Source of the DNA: a virus
Direction: 5' to 3' (one strand)
DNA length: 44,459 nucleotides
Virus record (IMG/VR): IMGVR_UViG_3300002461_000167
Coordinates: 1-44,459 of that record
Made by a program: the position numbers and the translations under genes. Below the pieces are notes generated by a model. It had not been told where the DNA came from, ran no database searches, and saw only the letters and a program-made list of their open reading frames with translations. Shown piece by piece: positions 33,601 to 41,543 of the stretch (within the stretch, counting starts at the first letter, position 1; every line of letters starts with the position of its first letter).

Positions 33601-33978
33601 CTACCTTGGTTTTGCGAAGTTCCACAGGTGCAGCCGTTGCCGCTCCAGCACTTCGGATGCCGTCAAGTTCTCGGGCGCGGCGACCTTTTCCACGCCCATG
33701 CCGTACACCAACGCATCACGTGCAAGATCGGTCCCGACGAAGACCGGCGGATGGACCTTCCGGTTCATCATGTCGGCCATGGCCTTGAGCAATTCCGCGC
33801 GCCCGGTTGGCGGTTCGCGGGACGGTATCGGCGGCGACTCCCACGACTTGCGCGCGTCTTGGGCAAGCAAGATATCCTCGACTTCCTTTTGCAAGATCGT
33901 GCGAATCAGTCCTTTGTTTTCCTCGGCGTGGTTGAATACCGCGTCAAGGATGCGTGCAGCGCGATGGTGGACGTTCAT
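33601..33978 (-). CDS. Hypothetical protein (125 aa)
   Basis: AAGGGGAA Shine-Dalgarno sequence 5 nt upstream of ATG 33978. Confidence 0.55.
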   Translation of the reverse strand: MNVHHRAARILDAVFNHAEENKGLIRTILQKEVEDILLAQDARKSWESPPIPSREPPTGRAELLKAMADMMNRKVHPPVFVGTDLARDALVYGMGVEKVAAPENLTASEVLERQRLHLWNFAKPR

Positions 33979-34057
33979 GTTGATTCCCCTTGGTCAGAAA
34001 ATACCTGAAGTCCGACCAATATACGTCATCGCAATGAACATTGCAAGCGCTTCGCGT

Positions 34058-34297
34058 TCACTTAGCAATGAACGCGCGCACTCCTGCGTCTTTGCACTCC
34101 AGCAACTTCCGAAGCGCCACAGTGCGTTCCGCGTTGCGCGGTAGGTTGTCGACCATCCAGTGGGCCAATTCCGAGTATGGCCGCGAATAGTCCTGAATAG
34201 CTGCGGGAAGGTGTGAATAGTCGAACCATCGCAACATAGGTTCCACTTCGGACCCCGGCCTGTCCAAGCCGACGAATCTACCACGGTCATCGCTCAT
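34058..34297 (-). CDS. Hypothetical protein (79 aa)
   Basis: ATGA overlap with the portal stop. Confidence 0.5.
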   Translation of the reverse strand: MSDDRGRFVGLDRPGSEVEPMLRWFDYSHLPAAIQDYSRPYSELAHWMVDNLPRNAERTVALRKLLECKDAGVRAFIAK

Positions 34298-35979
34298 TGT
34301 CCCTCGCCTAGTTTAACGGCCCTATCCGTCTCGGCCTTGGCCATTGCAGCCTGTGCCGGCATCGCCTGTACCTGTGCAGCCGCCGCCTGTGCCTGCGCGC
34401 GATTCTTGCGCTTGGCCAAAATCTGATCTTCCGACGCCATCCAGCTTTCCGGTACAGACTGAATTTCAGCAATCTGCGGAATAGCTATATCAAAGTTGAA
34501 TGGATCAAGCAAGCTCGGGTCTTGCGAAATGTTCACAAGGCCACTCGCCATCTCCACAGTGCGCATGAAACCGCCAGCCTCTTGCGCGCGTGCGGCCTTG
34601 GCCAATGGGCTTGTGTACCGCACCTGATACGCGCCCTGTGCTTCGATCAGCTCGGGCGGCATCTCGGGCAACAATCCCTGTTGGCTAAGCAAGTCAAGCT
34701 CGCGGCCGATCATCGGGCCGAGGTATTCATTCGACTGATTGCCCATCGTGGGCGCCAGCAAGATGCCCTTTTCGTTGGTGCGCTCGATCACTTCCGTGGC
34801 CGTCATCGAAGGCGACTCGGTAAGGATCTGGAATAGCGTGACCAGGAACGCGTCATTGATAAGCGCGCGTTCCTCGGCCATCATCTCTTTGGTGATCTGG
34901 ATTTCACCCGTGGGCAACACGCCGACGAGTGGGTGACCCTGCGAAGACCAACCGCCCTTGTTCATGGAGCCGGGGCGCATGGACATGTCCACAATGCCAT
35001 CGTCTGCCGTGAGCAATACAGGGTCCGCCGCACGGTGCCCTTGCTTCAGGAACACCTTCTTTTCGGCATTCAAGGTTTTGAGCGCCGGCAACACGAACGT
35101 GGCCGGGCCGCGTCCATAGACTTCCTCGGCCGATTGCTCATAGCGCGAGCCGGCCAGCGGGAACGTGACGTAACCGCTTTCGTCAATCAACCGCTGGCAG
35201 TCCACCGAAATGTAATAGCTGGCGAACTGCATCGACCGTGAATCCCACCGCTCGGGGTCATGGTCGGGGCGCAGCTTCACGCGGTGGATGAATTCGAATA
35301 GCTGTGGGCTGTTGCGCGCGGCGGCTTCGCGCACCTTCTGCGGCAACTGTTCTTCTTTCCACATCGTCAAGGCTTGGCGCGCGACCATGCGCATGAAGCG
35401 TGTAAATCCAACCACGACGCCTTGGTGGTCTTCGTCAAGGTAGATCTGGCCAAGCGGTACATTCTTGTAGCGCAGCCCCGGCGCCCGAGCCGGCTTGTCG
35501 ACGAACATGCACCCGGTGCCGTAGGCGCCCAGGTGTTTGTACACGCCTTGGTTCTGGCCGGCGAAACCGGCAATCGGCGAGTACCGATATTTAAACAGGG
35601 CCTTGGTGGCGGCTTGGAACCACAGGCGCACGCGACGGATGCGCATAAGGTAGTCGTCGTCGGCGGTCAATTCGTGCCACTGCATATTGCGCGGCGTCAT
35701 CATGGAATCGGAAATGGCGCCAAACCGGCTAAGGCCGATCATGCCAGTAGAGTCGATTTGGTGCTCGGTCTTCTTTTCGCCGGGGTGGTTATAGCTGCCG
35801 TATGTAAACGTATTGCGCATGGCCGGCCAAATCAGCGCCGCCGTTTCATCCCACTGCGTTTCAAAGTTCGTGCGCCAACTGCGTTGCTCGGCGAACTCGG
35901 CGAGACACGTGGACACAATGACCTGATCGCGCATTGACTGTGGCGGGTCGGGCATGATGATCGGCGCGGCCATGTTCAT
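34294..35979 (-). CDS. Portal (head-to-tail connector) protein, T7 gp8-like.
   Basis: 561 aa, downstream of the terminase genes. The N-terminal pattern RSWRTNFETQWDETAALIWP...IDSTGMIGLSRFGAISDSMMTP is like podovirus connector proteins. GGAG Shine-Dalgarno sequence. Confidence 0.75.
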   Translation of the reverse strand: MNMAAPIIMPDPPQSMRDQVIVSTCLAEFAEQRSWRTNFETQWDETAALIWPAMRNTFTYGSYNHPGEKKTEHQIDSTGMIGLSRFGAISDSMMTPRNMQWHELTADDDYLMRIRRVRLWFQAATKALFKYRYSPIAGFAGQNQGVYKHLGAYGTGCMFVDKPARAPGLRYKNVPLGQIYLDEDHQGVVVGFTRFMRMVARQALTMWKEEQLPQKVREAAARNSPQLFEFIHRVKLRPDHDPERWDSRSMQFASYYISVDCQRLIDESGYVTFPLAGSRYEQSAEEVYGRGPATFVLPALKTLNAEKKVFLKQGHRAADPVLLTADDGIVDMSMRPGSMNKGGWSSQGHPLVGVLPTGEIQITKEMMAEERALINDAFLVTLFQILTESPSMTATEVIERTNEKGILLAPTMGNQSNEYLGPMIGRELDLLSQQGLLPEMPPELIEAQGAYQVRYTSPLAKAARAQEAGGFMRTVEMASGLVNISQDPSLLDPFNFDIAIPQIAEIQSVPESWMASEDQILAKRKNRAQAQAAAAQVQAMPAQAAMAKAETDRAVKLGEGQ

Positions 35980-36251
35980 TCGTAGTCTCCATCGTGTTCA
36001 TCGAGACGCGGGGCGCGCTCTATCCGTTTGCCGGCGTTGCAGTGCCACGGGTGGATGCCGGATGGTTGCGTGTAAACGATCTTGTCTTCATCGGTGCGTT
36101 TAAACGGCTCACAGACCTTGATCAGTTTTTGGTCGCGGCTGCATTCCTTGCACAAGCCGGGGCCGCCGCACCGCACCTTGACGCCATCGGGCCGCGCCCA
36201 CACGTGACCGTGGCCGGCGTTCGTGCCGTACCGCTGCAACCGGTTAGTCAT
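35976..36251 (-). CDS. Hypothetical Cys-rich small protein (91 aa)
   Basis: Overlapping start and stop with both neighbours. Contains CGGPGLCKEC...C...HC. Confidence 0.45.
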   Translation of the reverse strand: MTNRLQRYGTNAGHGHVWARPDGVKVRCGGPGLCKECSRDQKLIKVCEPFKRTDEDKIVYTQPSGIHPWHCNAGKRIERAPRLDEHDGDYE

Positions 36252-36483
36252 GCGGATCTATCCCCGCGCATTCGGCGTACAGGCGCCGCGCCTTTGCCCA
36301 CGCCGCGAGGAAGCGCTTATAGACTTCCCGGTCCACCGAGCCCGGCTTGGCGTTGCCGTGCGGGTCCAGTATGTCGGTGGCCGCTTCGAACGCCTCGGCG
36401 ACCGCGCGCAGCTCCATGGCTTGCGGGTGGCCTTCGTTCGCGAGCTGGCGCATGTTGTTGCCGAGTTGGGTGGCGCGTGCCAT
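36244..36483 (-). CDS. Hypothetical protein (79 aa)
   Basis: TAATG overlap with the upstream gene. Helical sequence. Confidence 0.45.
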   Translation of the reverse strand: MARATQLGNNMRQLANEGHPQAMELRAVAEAFEAATDILDPHGNAKPGSVDREVYKRFLAAWAKARRLYAECAGIDPHD

Positions 36484-36743
36484 TACCGGAACGCTCCGAA
36501 GATGCTATCGCCCAGACCGGACAGAAGTGCCATAGACGACGCGGACGTGGGCATTGGGTTGCTCGGGTCGCCCACGCCGGCCGGTGGCTTTTTCTTTTTC
36601 TTATCCACGGTCGTAGCGGTCAACTGGCTATTGCCAATCTCGCCGTCCGCGATGCCCGTAAGGCCGAGGTCCAGCCCCGCGCCGAAGCCGCTAGAGAAGT
36701 TCACCATGGGGATACGCTCCATACCACTGAAGGCGTGGAGCAT
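36483..36743 (-). CDS. Hypothetical Gly-rich protein (86 aa)
   Basis: ORF directly after terL. Low complexity with a KKKKK patch. The start is uncertain (three Met in the first 13 codons). Confidence 0.4.
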   Translation of the reverse strand: MLHAFSGMERIPMVNFSSGFGAGLDLGLTGIADGEIGNSQLTATTVDKKKKKPPAGVGDPSNPMPTSASSMALLSGLGDSIFGAFR

Positions 36744-36752
36744 AGCGCCCGG

Positions 36753-38303
36753 CTACCTTCCTGTAAAGGGGTCGAAGTCCACGCCATCCGCCATGCCCGC
36801 GCCCGGCCCCGAGCGCTGCTGTGCCTTTTTGGGGCCGAGGGTGACCGCCGCCGAGAACCTTTTCATCATCATGGCGTAGCGCACCGCTGATATTTCGTCG
36901 TCATTGATGGCAACGATTTTGCCTTCCGCGCGACGGTATCCGCGAATTTCCCCGAGCAACGTGGACAAGTGCGATGCGATTTTCATCCGCCCCGAGCCAA
37001 GGCGTTCGTGCATCTCCATGACGCTGGCTTCTAACGAATAGCCGCCGGTCGCGAATGTCGCGTGCTCAGATAGCATCCGCACACCTTCGGCCTTGTACTG
37101 TGTCGCCATCGGCTCACCGGACTTCGGATCACGCTTCGCGCCGTCATGCGGCCACGCCACCGGCACCTGTACGCCGAGACGCAATATAGGTGCCACGTGT
37201 TGCTTGATAATGGCGCCTTGCAAATCCTTCATCTGGTACGAGTGGTGGACGTGGAGCACATCGTTGTCCGGGTCATAGAGCAACAATGCACACCCGAACG
37301 GATGGTCAATGCCAAAGTCCAATCCCCAAATTTTGCGCCAGTGCAGCGGAATGTGCACGATGGCCGGTTCCGTGTATAGTTCTTCCGAGAACGGGAACAC
37401 CGCACCGCCACCCAAACCCGGCCGGCCATAGATACGCGCTTCGCGTTCGTGCGCCGGACAGTTGCGCTCCAGAATGGCCGCTTCCTCTTTGGAAATATGC
37501 AGCGCGTCCCGTAGCCCCATGTGGATGTGGATTCGCTCCGGTGTGTGTTCCTCCATGAACCGGTGCGTTAGCTGTGTCTTGCCCAAGATCGGGGTGTAGG
37601 TCGTGAATAGAATTCCACCTTCCGGGTTGGTCGGGTGCGCCGCCATACGGAATAGAAATTCCATGTAAACGTCAATTTCGCCTTCCTCGTCAGCCCACCC
37701 GAAGTCAAGCGCGTCACCCTGAAATTTCGCGCGGCCCTGTTCGAAGGACTTAAAGTTCAATGTCGAGATACCGCCCGACACGTGCCTTACCTGAATCATG
37801 TCGAAGGCATCGGCAATGCCGCGCTGGGTGCTCGGGCGCCCCACAAAGAGGTGCTTGGGGATTAGGCCAGTACCGAACCCCGTTGGCCCGTCATCAACGC
37901 CCGGCGTGCCGCACAGCTTCTTTTGCATAATGTCGCGCGTCACGAGACTGGTAAGGCCCGCCGCCCACCCGCGTGTCGCGCGCTTCCACCGCCGCCCGTT
38001 CCATCCCTCGGGATAGAGCCCCGTCAAATGGTAGGCCGTCTCGGCCGCGCCCGTGTCCGACTTGCCAACGCGGTTCGGCGCCATAAGGCAGCGCTCGCGG
38101 TACTTCGCACCGGCCGCAAAGAACTGCCATTGCTTCGGGTACGCCGACCAGTATTTGAGTTTATTGTACAGAAAATCATCATTGACGAACTTCATCAGCT
38201 CGGCAAGTTTGATCTTCTGTTCTGATGTTAATTTGTCTTCTTGCTCCAGTAGCAGCCCGAGCAATGCACGGCGTTCGACCGCATCCAGCTTACCATTCTT
38301 CAT
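36753..38303 (-). CDS. terL: Terminase large subunit.
   Basis: Walker A-like PNRVGKSDTG. Nuclease-domain region GLDFGIDHPFG. 516 aa. Overlaps the terS end by 14 nt. Confidence 0.8.
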   Translation of the reverse strand: MKNGKLDAVERRALLGLLLEQEDKLTSEQKIKLAELMKFVNDDFLYNKLKYWSAYPKQWQFFAAGAKYRERCLMAPNRVGKSDTGAAETAYHLTGLYPEGWNGRRWKRATRGWAAGLTSLVTRDIMQKKLCGTPGVDDGPTGFGTGLIPKHLFVGRPSTQRGIADAFDMIQVRHVSGGISTLNFKSFEQGRAKFQGDALDFGWADEEGEIDVYMEFLFRMAAHPTNPEGGILFTTYTPILGKTQLTHRFMEEHTPERIHIHMGLRDALHISKEEAAILERNCPAHEREARIYGRPGLGGGAVFPFSEELYTEPAIVHIPLHWRKIWGLDFGIDHPFGCALLLYDPDNDVLHVHHSYQMKDLQGAIIKQHVAPILRLGVQVPVAWPHDGAKRDPKSGEPMATQYKAEGVRMLSEHATFATGGYSLEASVMEMHERLGSGRMKIASHLSTLLGEIRGYRRAEGKIVAINDDEISAVRYAMMMKRFSAAVTLGPKKAQQRSGPGAGMADGVDFDPFTGR

Positions 38304-38844
38304 CTTCTATTACCTCGGTGGGAGTAATATCTATCGGCGCGGGTAGGGCCGCCTTTGGCGCGAAGTTGATGCCCAGCGCCGCCGCCATATTGAGCAATGC
38401 CGCGTCCACGTTCGCCGCATCGAGCTTGTGGACCACCTCCACCTTGGACTGTTGCACCGGTTGGAAGCCCCGGCGGTCAAGCACGAACTCCACCGCCTTG
38501 AAATGCTGTTTATGGCCGGGGTTCGTCAAAATCGGAAGAATGGCCGCAATCGCCGGCATCACGAGTCCGTCGAATTGGTACTTGGCCATGTCCGCGAGCG
38601 CTTCCCGGATCTGGACTTCGGCCAATCGGCGCGACGATTCCACGGCCACGGTGGTGTCGCCCGCATCGGGGTACGCCAGACGGTACGCGGCTCGGGCGTT
38701 CCCGCCGTTGTGAGCGTAGTACCAGCAAAAAGCCCGCTTCCTCGGGGTCAAAGCCTGCATTTTTGGCCCAAAACCCGCATAATCGGGGTCTTCTAGCAGT
38801 TGGGGCGGGCACGGTGGCACCGCGAAATTCTCTTTTTTGCTCAT
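38290..38844 (-). CDS. terS: Terminase small subunit.
   Basis: LTPRKRAFCWYYAHNGGNARAAYRLAYP matches the Terminase_2-type HTH region. ATG 38844 has GAGGTG 5 nt upstream. The track ORF extends to 38877. Confidence 0.7.
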   Translation of the reverse strand: MSKKENFAVPPCPPQLLEDPDYAGFGPKMQALTPRKRAFCWYYAHNGGNARAAYRLAYPDAGDTTVAVESSRRLAEVQIREALADMAKYQFDGLVMPAIAAILPILTNPGHKQHFKAVEFVLDRRGFQPVQQSKVEVVHKLDAANVDAALLNMAAALGINFAPKAALPAPIDITPTEVIEDEEW

Positions 38845-39405
38845 TTGGTCACCTCGGCCCCTAATGTAGCACGGCATTCCAGTTTTTTGGATCCAAATTT
38901 TTTGTGGTTTATCAAGGGGTTACCCGATGTATATTGTGTAAATTTTCCAAAACGCGCGAAAAAGCTCCTTTCATGGCAAATAATGGCGGGGCGCTCTCGG
39001 GCGGCCCCACCCCCGCCGGCACCCCGGTCTTTTACATCGTTCAGTTGTATATGCGGCATACTATATGCGGTGGATTCAATGAGGCCATGACACTAGATGT
39101 GGTATGCTTCCATTCGCATAACATACATTATGGAATGTGTATCGCACCACATGCTAATGCGAATGATTAGCAACTGGCACAGTGCAAGGTGTGCGTGTGG
39201 CCAGTTGCCTGGATAATCGAGGGCTATTGCCAGTTGGCTCGATACCGTGCTATCAACCCGCTATGCCGTGGTAATATTAGAGAATAGTCCCGGACTCTCT
39301 ATCATATCACGGTAGATATATGTTCTTATACAATATAATATATATATAGTAATATATTGTGTAAGACAGGCTAGTGTCTAATACTGACTTGGAAAGGATA
39401 AACTA
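38845..39405. promoter_or_regulatory. A/T-rich divergent control region between terS and the first early gene. Candidate origin, pac site or promoter hub with several repeat families.
   Basis: No convincing ORF. TATATGCGG occurs twice (39048, 39062). Inverted repeat CATTCGCAT/ATGCGAATG (39111-19 / 39157-65). GCCAGTTG occurs three times (39171-78 inverted, 39200-07, 39229-36). Inverted repeat ACAATATA/TATATTGT (39330-37 / 39353-60) flanks an (AT)n run. Confidence 0.6.
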
Positions 39406-39864
39406 ATGCAACGTACATCCGTCAATGCCACGGCTAAGCAAACTATCCTCGATATGATTGACGCATCACCCGAGGGCTATATCACTCGCAAGGCTGCCAG
39501 CGACAAGCTCAAATCAATGGGCATCGGCCAAGCCTATCAATTGAACAATGCCATCGTCCAGCTATCGCTATTCGCCAAGGGTGGCGCGCTGATGCGTGGC
39601 AAGCTAACCCCGCGCAAAGTGAATACACGTTGGGGGCGTGCGCCACGCTCACCTTATGCCGATGTCACATGGTTGGAAGATGTCATCGCAGAAGGTGCAA
39701 CGCTCGGGGCTATCGTCAAGCGTGCCAACGATGACCACGTGACCATTGCACGACTCGTTGCCGCGATGGCTGCCACGGGTGATGATTTCAAGCTGCTATT
39801 GGTCAATGATCCGACCAAAACCGCGCTACCTGGTAAACATCAGGATACGGACGAAACCTGGTAA
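39406..39864 (+). CDS. First early protein (152 aa), possibly winged-helix-like at the N-terminus.
   Basis: GGAAAGGA Shine-Dalgarno sequence 8 nt upstream. Lower G+C than the late genes. Confidence 0.6.
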   Translation: MQRTSVNATAKQTILDMIDASPEGYITRKAASDKLKSMGIGQAYQLNNAIVQLSLFAKGGALMRGKLTPRKVNTRWGRAPRSPYADVTWLEDVIAEGATLGAIVKRANDDHVTIARLVAAMAATGDDFKLLLVNDPTKTALPGKHQDTDETW

Positions 39865-39882
39865 CAATATATTCATGCCTCA

Positions 39883-39898
39883 CGTGTAGATTTACACG
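39883..39898. promoter_or_regulatory. 16-bp near-perfect palindrome CGTGTAGATTTACACG: two inverted ATTTACACG-type half-sites. Candidate operator.
   Basis: 7 of 8 symmetric base pairs. Lies in the 64-nt gap between early genes 1 and 2. Confidence 0.5.
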
Positions 39899-39928
39899 CA
39901 TCGACCATCAAACAAGGGAATACACACC

Positions 39929-40123
39929 ATGCGATATTCTTTCTTCTTGGCTTGTGCCATCATCACGGTGTCGGCACTCGTGCACGCGTCCAATATGGAA
40001 AATCAGCTAACCATCGCAGACCGTGCGTGCGTCGGTGCTATCATCCAGCTAGACATTGAGCACGAGGCACGAGCCAAAGCGATTGCGCGCGAGCTATACA
40101 AAAGGCTTGTGCCAACAATCTAG
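39929..40123 (+). CDS. Small secreted or membrane early protein (64 aa).
   Basis: AAGGGAA Shine-Dalgarno sequence. N-terminus MRYSFFLACAIITVSALVHA is signal-peptide-like. Confidence 0.55.
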   Translation: MRYSFFLACAIITVSALVHASNMENQLTIADRACVGAIIQLDIEHEARAKAIARELYKRLVPTI

Positions 40124-40142
40124 TTGCGAATCATTCGAGTCA

Positions 40143-40158
40143 CGTGTAAATCTACACT
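40143..40158. promoter_or_regulatory. Second palindrome of the same family, CGTGTAAATCTACACT, in the opposite polarity.
   Basis: 6 of 8 symmetric base pairs. Contains an exact CGTGTAAAT (= ATTTACACG on the minus strand). Lies in the gap between early genes 2 and 3. Confidence 0.45.
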
Positions 40159-40188
40159 GGTCAACGCAACCAAGGGGAAATGACTACC

Positions 40189-40410
40189 ATGTACAGCAAG
40201 CAAGTTATCATCGCGGAAAGCAAGGATTTCACGCTCACAAGCTTTGGCAATGGTGATGCCTATTCGCTGGCCAAGAATGGCCAAGAAGATGAATCGGTGT
40301 TTGTCCAGGGCGACGACGCGACTCAATTTCGTGAAGAATATGATGCGCTTTTTGAGCTGGACGGCAACGTGTCGGCTCTAGCGGCGATGTGGTGGAATTA
40401 CACGCCCTAG
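40189..40410 (+). CDS. Small highly acidic early protein (73 aa).
   Basis: AAGGGGAA is 9 nt upstream of ATG 40189. By my count there are 13 D/E and 4 K/R residues. Confidence 0.55.
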   Translation: MYSKQVIIAESKDFTLTSFGNGDAYSLAKNGQEDESVFVQGDDATQFREEYDALFELDGNVSALAAMWWNYTP

Positions 40411-40479
40411 TCCATTTGGCTGGCCATGCTCACCCGTGGCCAGCGACGTGCACTAGAGTCCAACCAAGGGGAAATGACT
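40408..40479 (+). repeat. Early intergenic cassette copy R1 (degenerate): stop codon, hairpin, TGCACTA box, AACCAAGGGGAAATGAC RBS.
   Basis: TAGTCCA... Stem CTGGCCA (40420-26) pairs with TGGCCAG (40437-43). TGCACTA at 40449-55. AACCAAGGGGAAATGACT precedes ATG 40480. Confidence 0.6.
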
Positions 40480-40896
40480 ATGAAGGTTCATTGCTACTCG
40501 ACTGAAGCCAAGGCCGAACGCGCGGCTGCCAAATTCCGCGATGCGTTCCCTAAGCGTCGATTTGCGGCCGTGCTCTATCCCGGCACCACGTTAGACCCGC
40601 AGTTCGGCTATGCCGTGTCAATGCAAGATGATGCCGGCCACCTCGCGTATTGTCCGCGTTTCAAATCGCCACCCAAAGCCGTGGCGCGAATCACTTGCTA
40701 CGATGTGGGCAAAGGTCTCATTGAGATTGCCAATACATCGCCACCGACTCGCGTGATGGCAGTTCGCATCGAGCGCAGCCGGCACAAGGCGCGCACTGAC
40801 TATTGGTTTCGGTTCAACGGTAAAGCTTATTGGGGCTTCCTTGGCCATGATGGTACGGCGTTTAGTGCCAAGCAAGTTCAAACGATACCGCGCTGA
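40480..40896 (+). CDS. Hypothetical early protein (138 aa)
   Basis: The second ATG of the conserved GGGGAAATGACTATG context lies 7 nt from the Shine-Dalgarno sequence. Confidence 0.6.
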   Translation: MKVHCYSTEAKAERAAAKFRDAFPKRRFAAVLYPGTTLDPQFGYAVSMQDDAGHLAYCPRFKSPPKAVARITCYDVGKGLIEIANTSPPTRVMAVRIERSRHKARTDYWFRFNGKAYWGFLGHDGTAFSAKQVQTIPR

Positions 40897-40970
40897 ATAG
40901 TCCAGCGCATTGGCCATGGTACGCCGTGGCCTTTGCCCTGCACTAGCAGGACAACCAAGGGGAAATGACA
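40894..40970 (+). repeat. Early intergenic cassette copy R2.
   Basis: TGAATAGTCCAGCGCATT. Stem GGCCATGG-TACG-CCGTGGCC at 40912-31. Then TTTGCCC, TGCACTA at 40939-45, and AACCAAGGGGAAATGACA. More than 90% identical to R3 and R4. Confidence 0.85.
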
Positions 40971-41225
40971 ATGTATCAAGCCATTCGCACTAAATACATC
41001 GGGCCGCGCAACGTGCGGGGCTCACGCGTCAAGGCCATCGCTGAAGCCGGGTCTGTCACCCTGGAATGGGATGATGGCTTGAACGATATCGAAAACCACA
41101 AGGCAGCCTGTCGCGCCATTCTCGTGAAGTTCGGTTGGCGTGGCCAGTACATGGGCGGCGCATTCGGTAGCGGCGAATATGTTTGGGTACATGCTGGCGA
41201 GTCGCGCTACAGCGTGATGATCTAA
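40971..41225 (+). CDS. Hypothetical early protein (84 aa)
   Basis: Conserved RBS context. Sequence YIGPRNVRGSRVKA...NHKAACRAILVKFGW; no function known to me. Confidence 0.6.
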   Translation: MYQAIRTKYIGPRNVRGSRVKAIAEAGSVTLEWDDGLNDIENHKAACRAILVKFGWRGQYMGGAFGSGEYVWVHAGESRYSVMI

Positions 41226-41237
41226 GGGGAAATGACA

Positions 41238-41471
41238 ATGAGCTTCGACCATAACCCCGACAAGAATCCCGACTGGTCACCAAAGATGGCCTATCGAGTC
41301 TATGCGTGCTGCAAATGCGGCACGGAACACAAAATGAGCACGAATCACACCGGCACGGTATGGAATGCACGCTGCAAAGGTTCATGCCGCACCATCCTCA
41401 ATCCACATACAGCGCGCGAAGTCGTGCTAGCGTACCACGGGCCGCACGAGTTCAAACACGACGCGGAATAG
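41238..41471 (+). CDS. Small Cys-rich (zinc-ribbon-like) early protein (77 aa).
   Basis: TAAGGGGAAATGACAATG context. Contains CCKCG...CKGSC. Confidence 0.55.
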   Translation: MSFDHNPDKNPDWSPKMAYRVYACCKCGTEHKMSTNHTGTVWNARCKGSCRTILNPHTAREVVLAYHGPHEFKHDAE

Positions 41472-41543
41472 TCTAGCGCATTGGCCATGGTACGCCGTGG
41501 CCTTTGCCCTGCACTATCGCAGGTAACCAAGGGGAATGAACAC
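41466..41543 (+). repeat. Early intergenic cassette copy R3.
   Basis: GAATAGTCTAGCGCATT. Hairpin at 41483-41502. TGCACTA at 41510-16. Then AACCAAGGGGAATGAACAC. Identical to R4 apart from a 2-nt indel before the ATG. Confidence 0.9.

Noticed and set aside
38841-39170. ORFs 38904..39170(+) and 38841..39059(-) in the A/T-rich hub.
   Set aside because: They have no RBS and odd composition, and they overlap the repeat and palindrome structures and the terS leader. The region was treated as non-coding.
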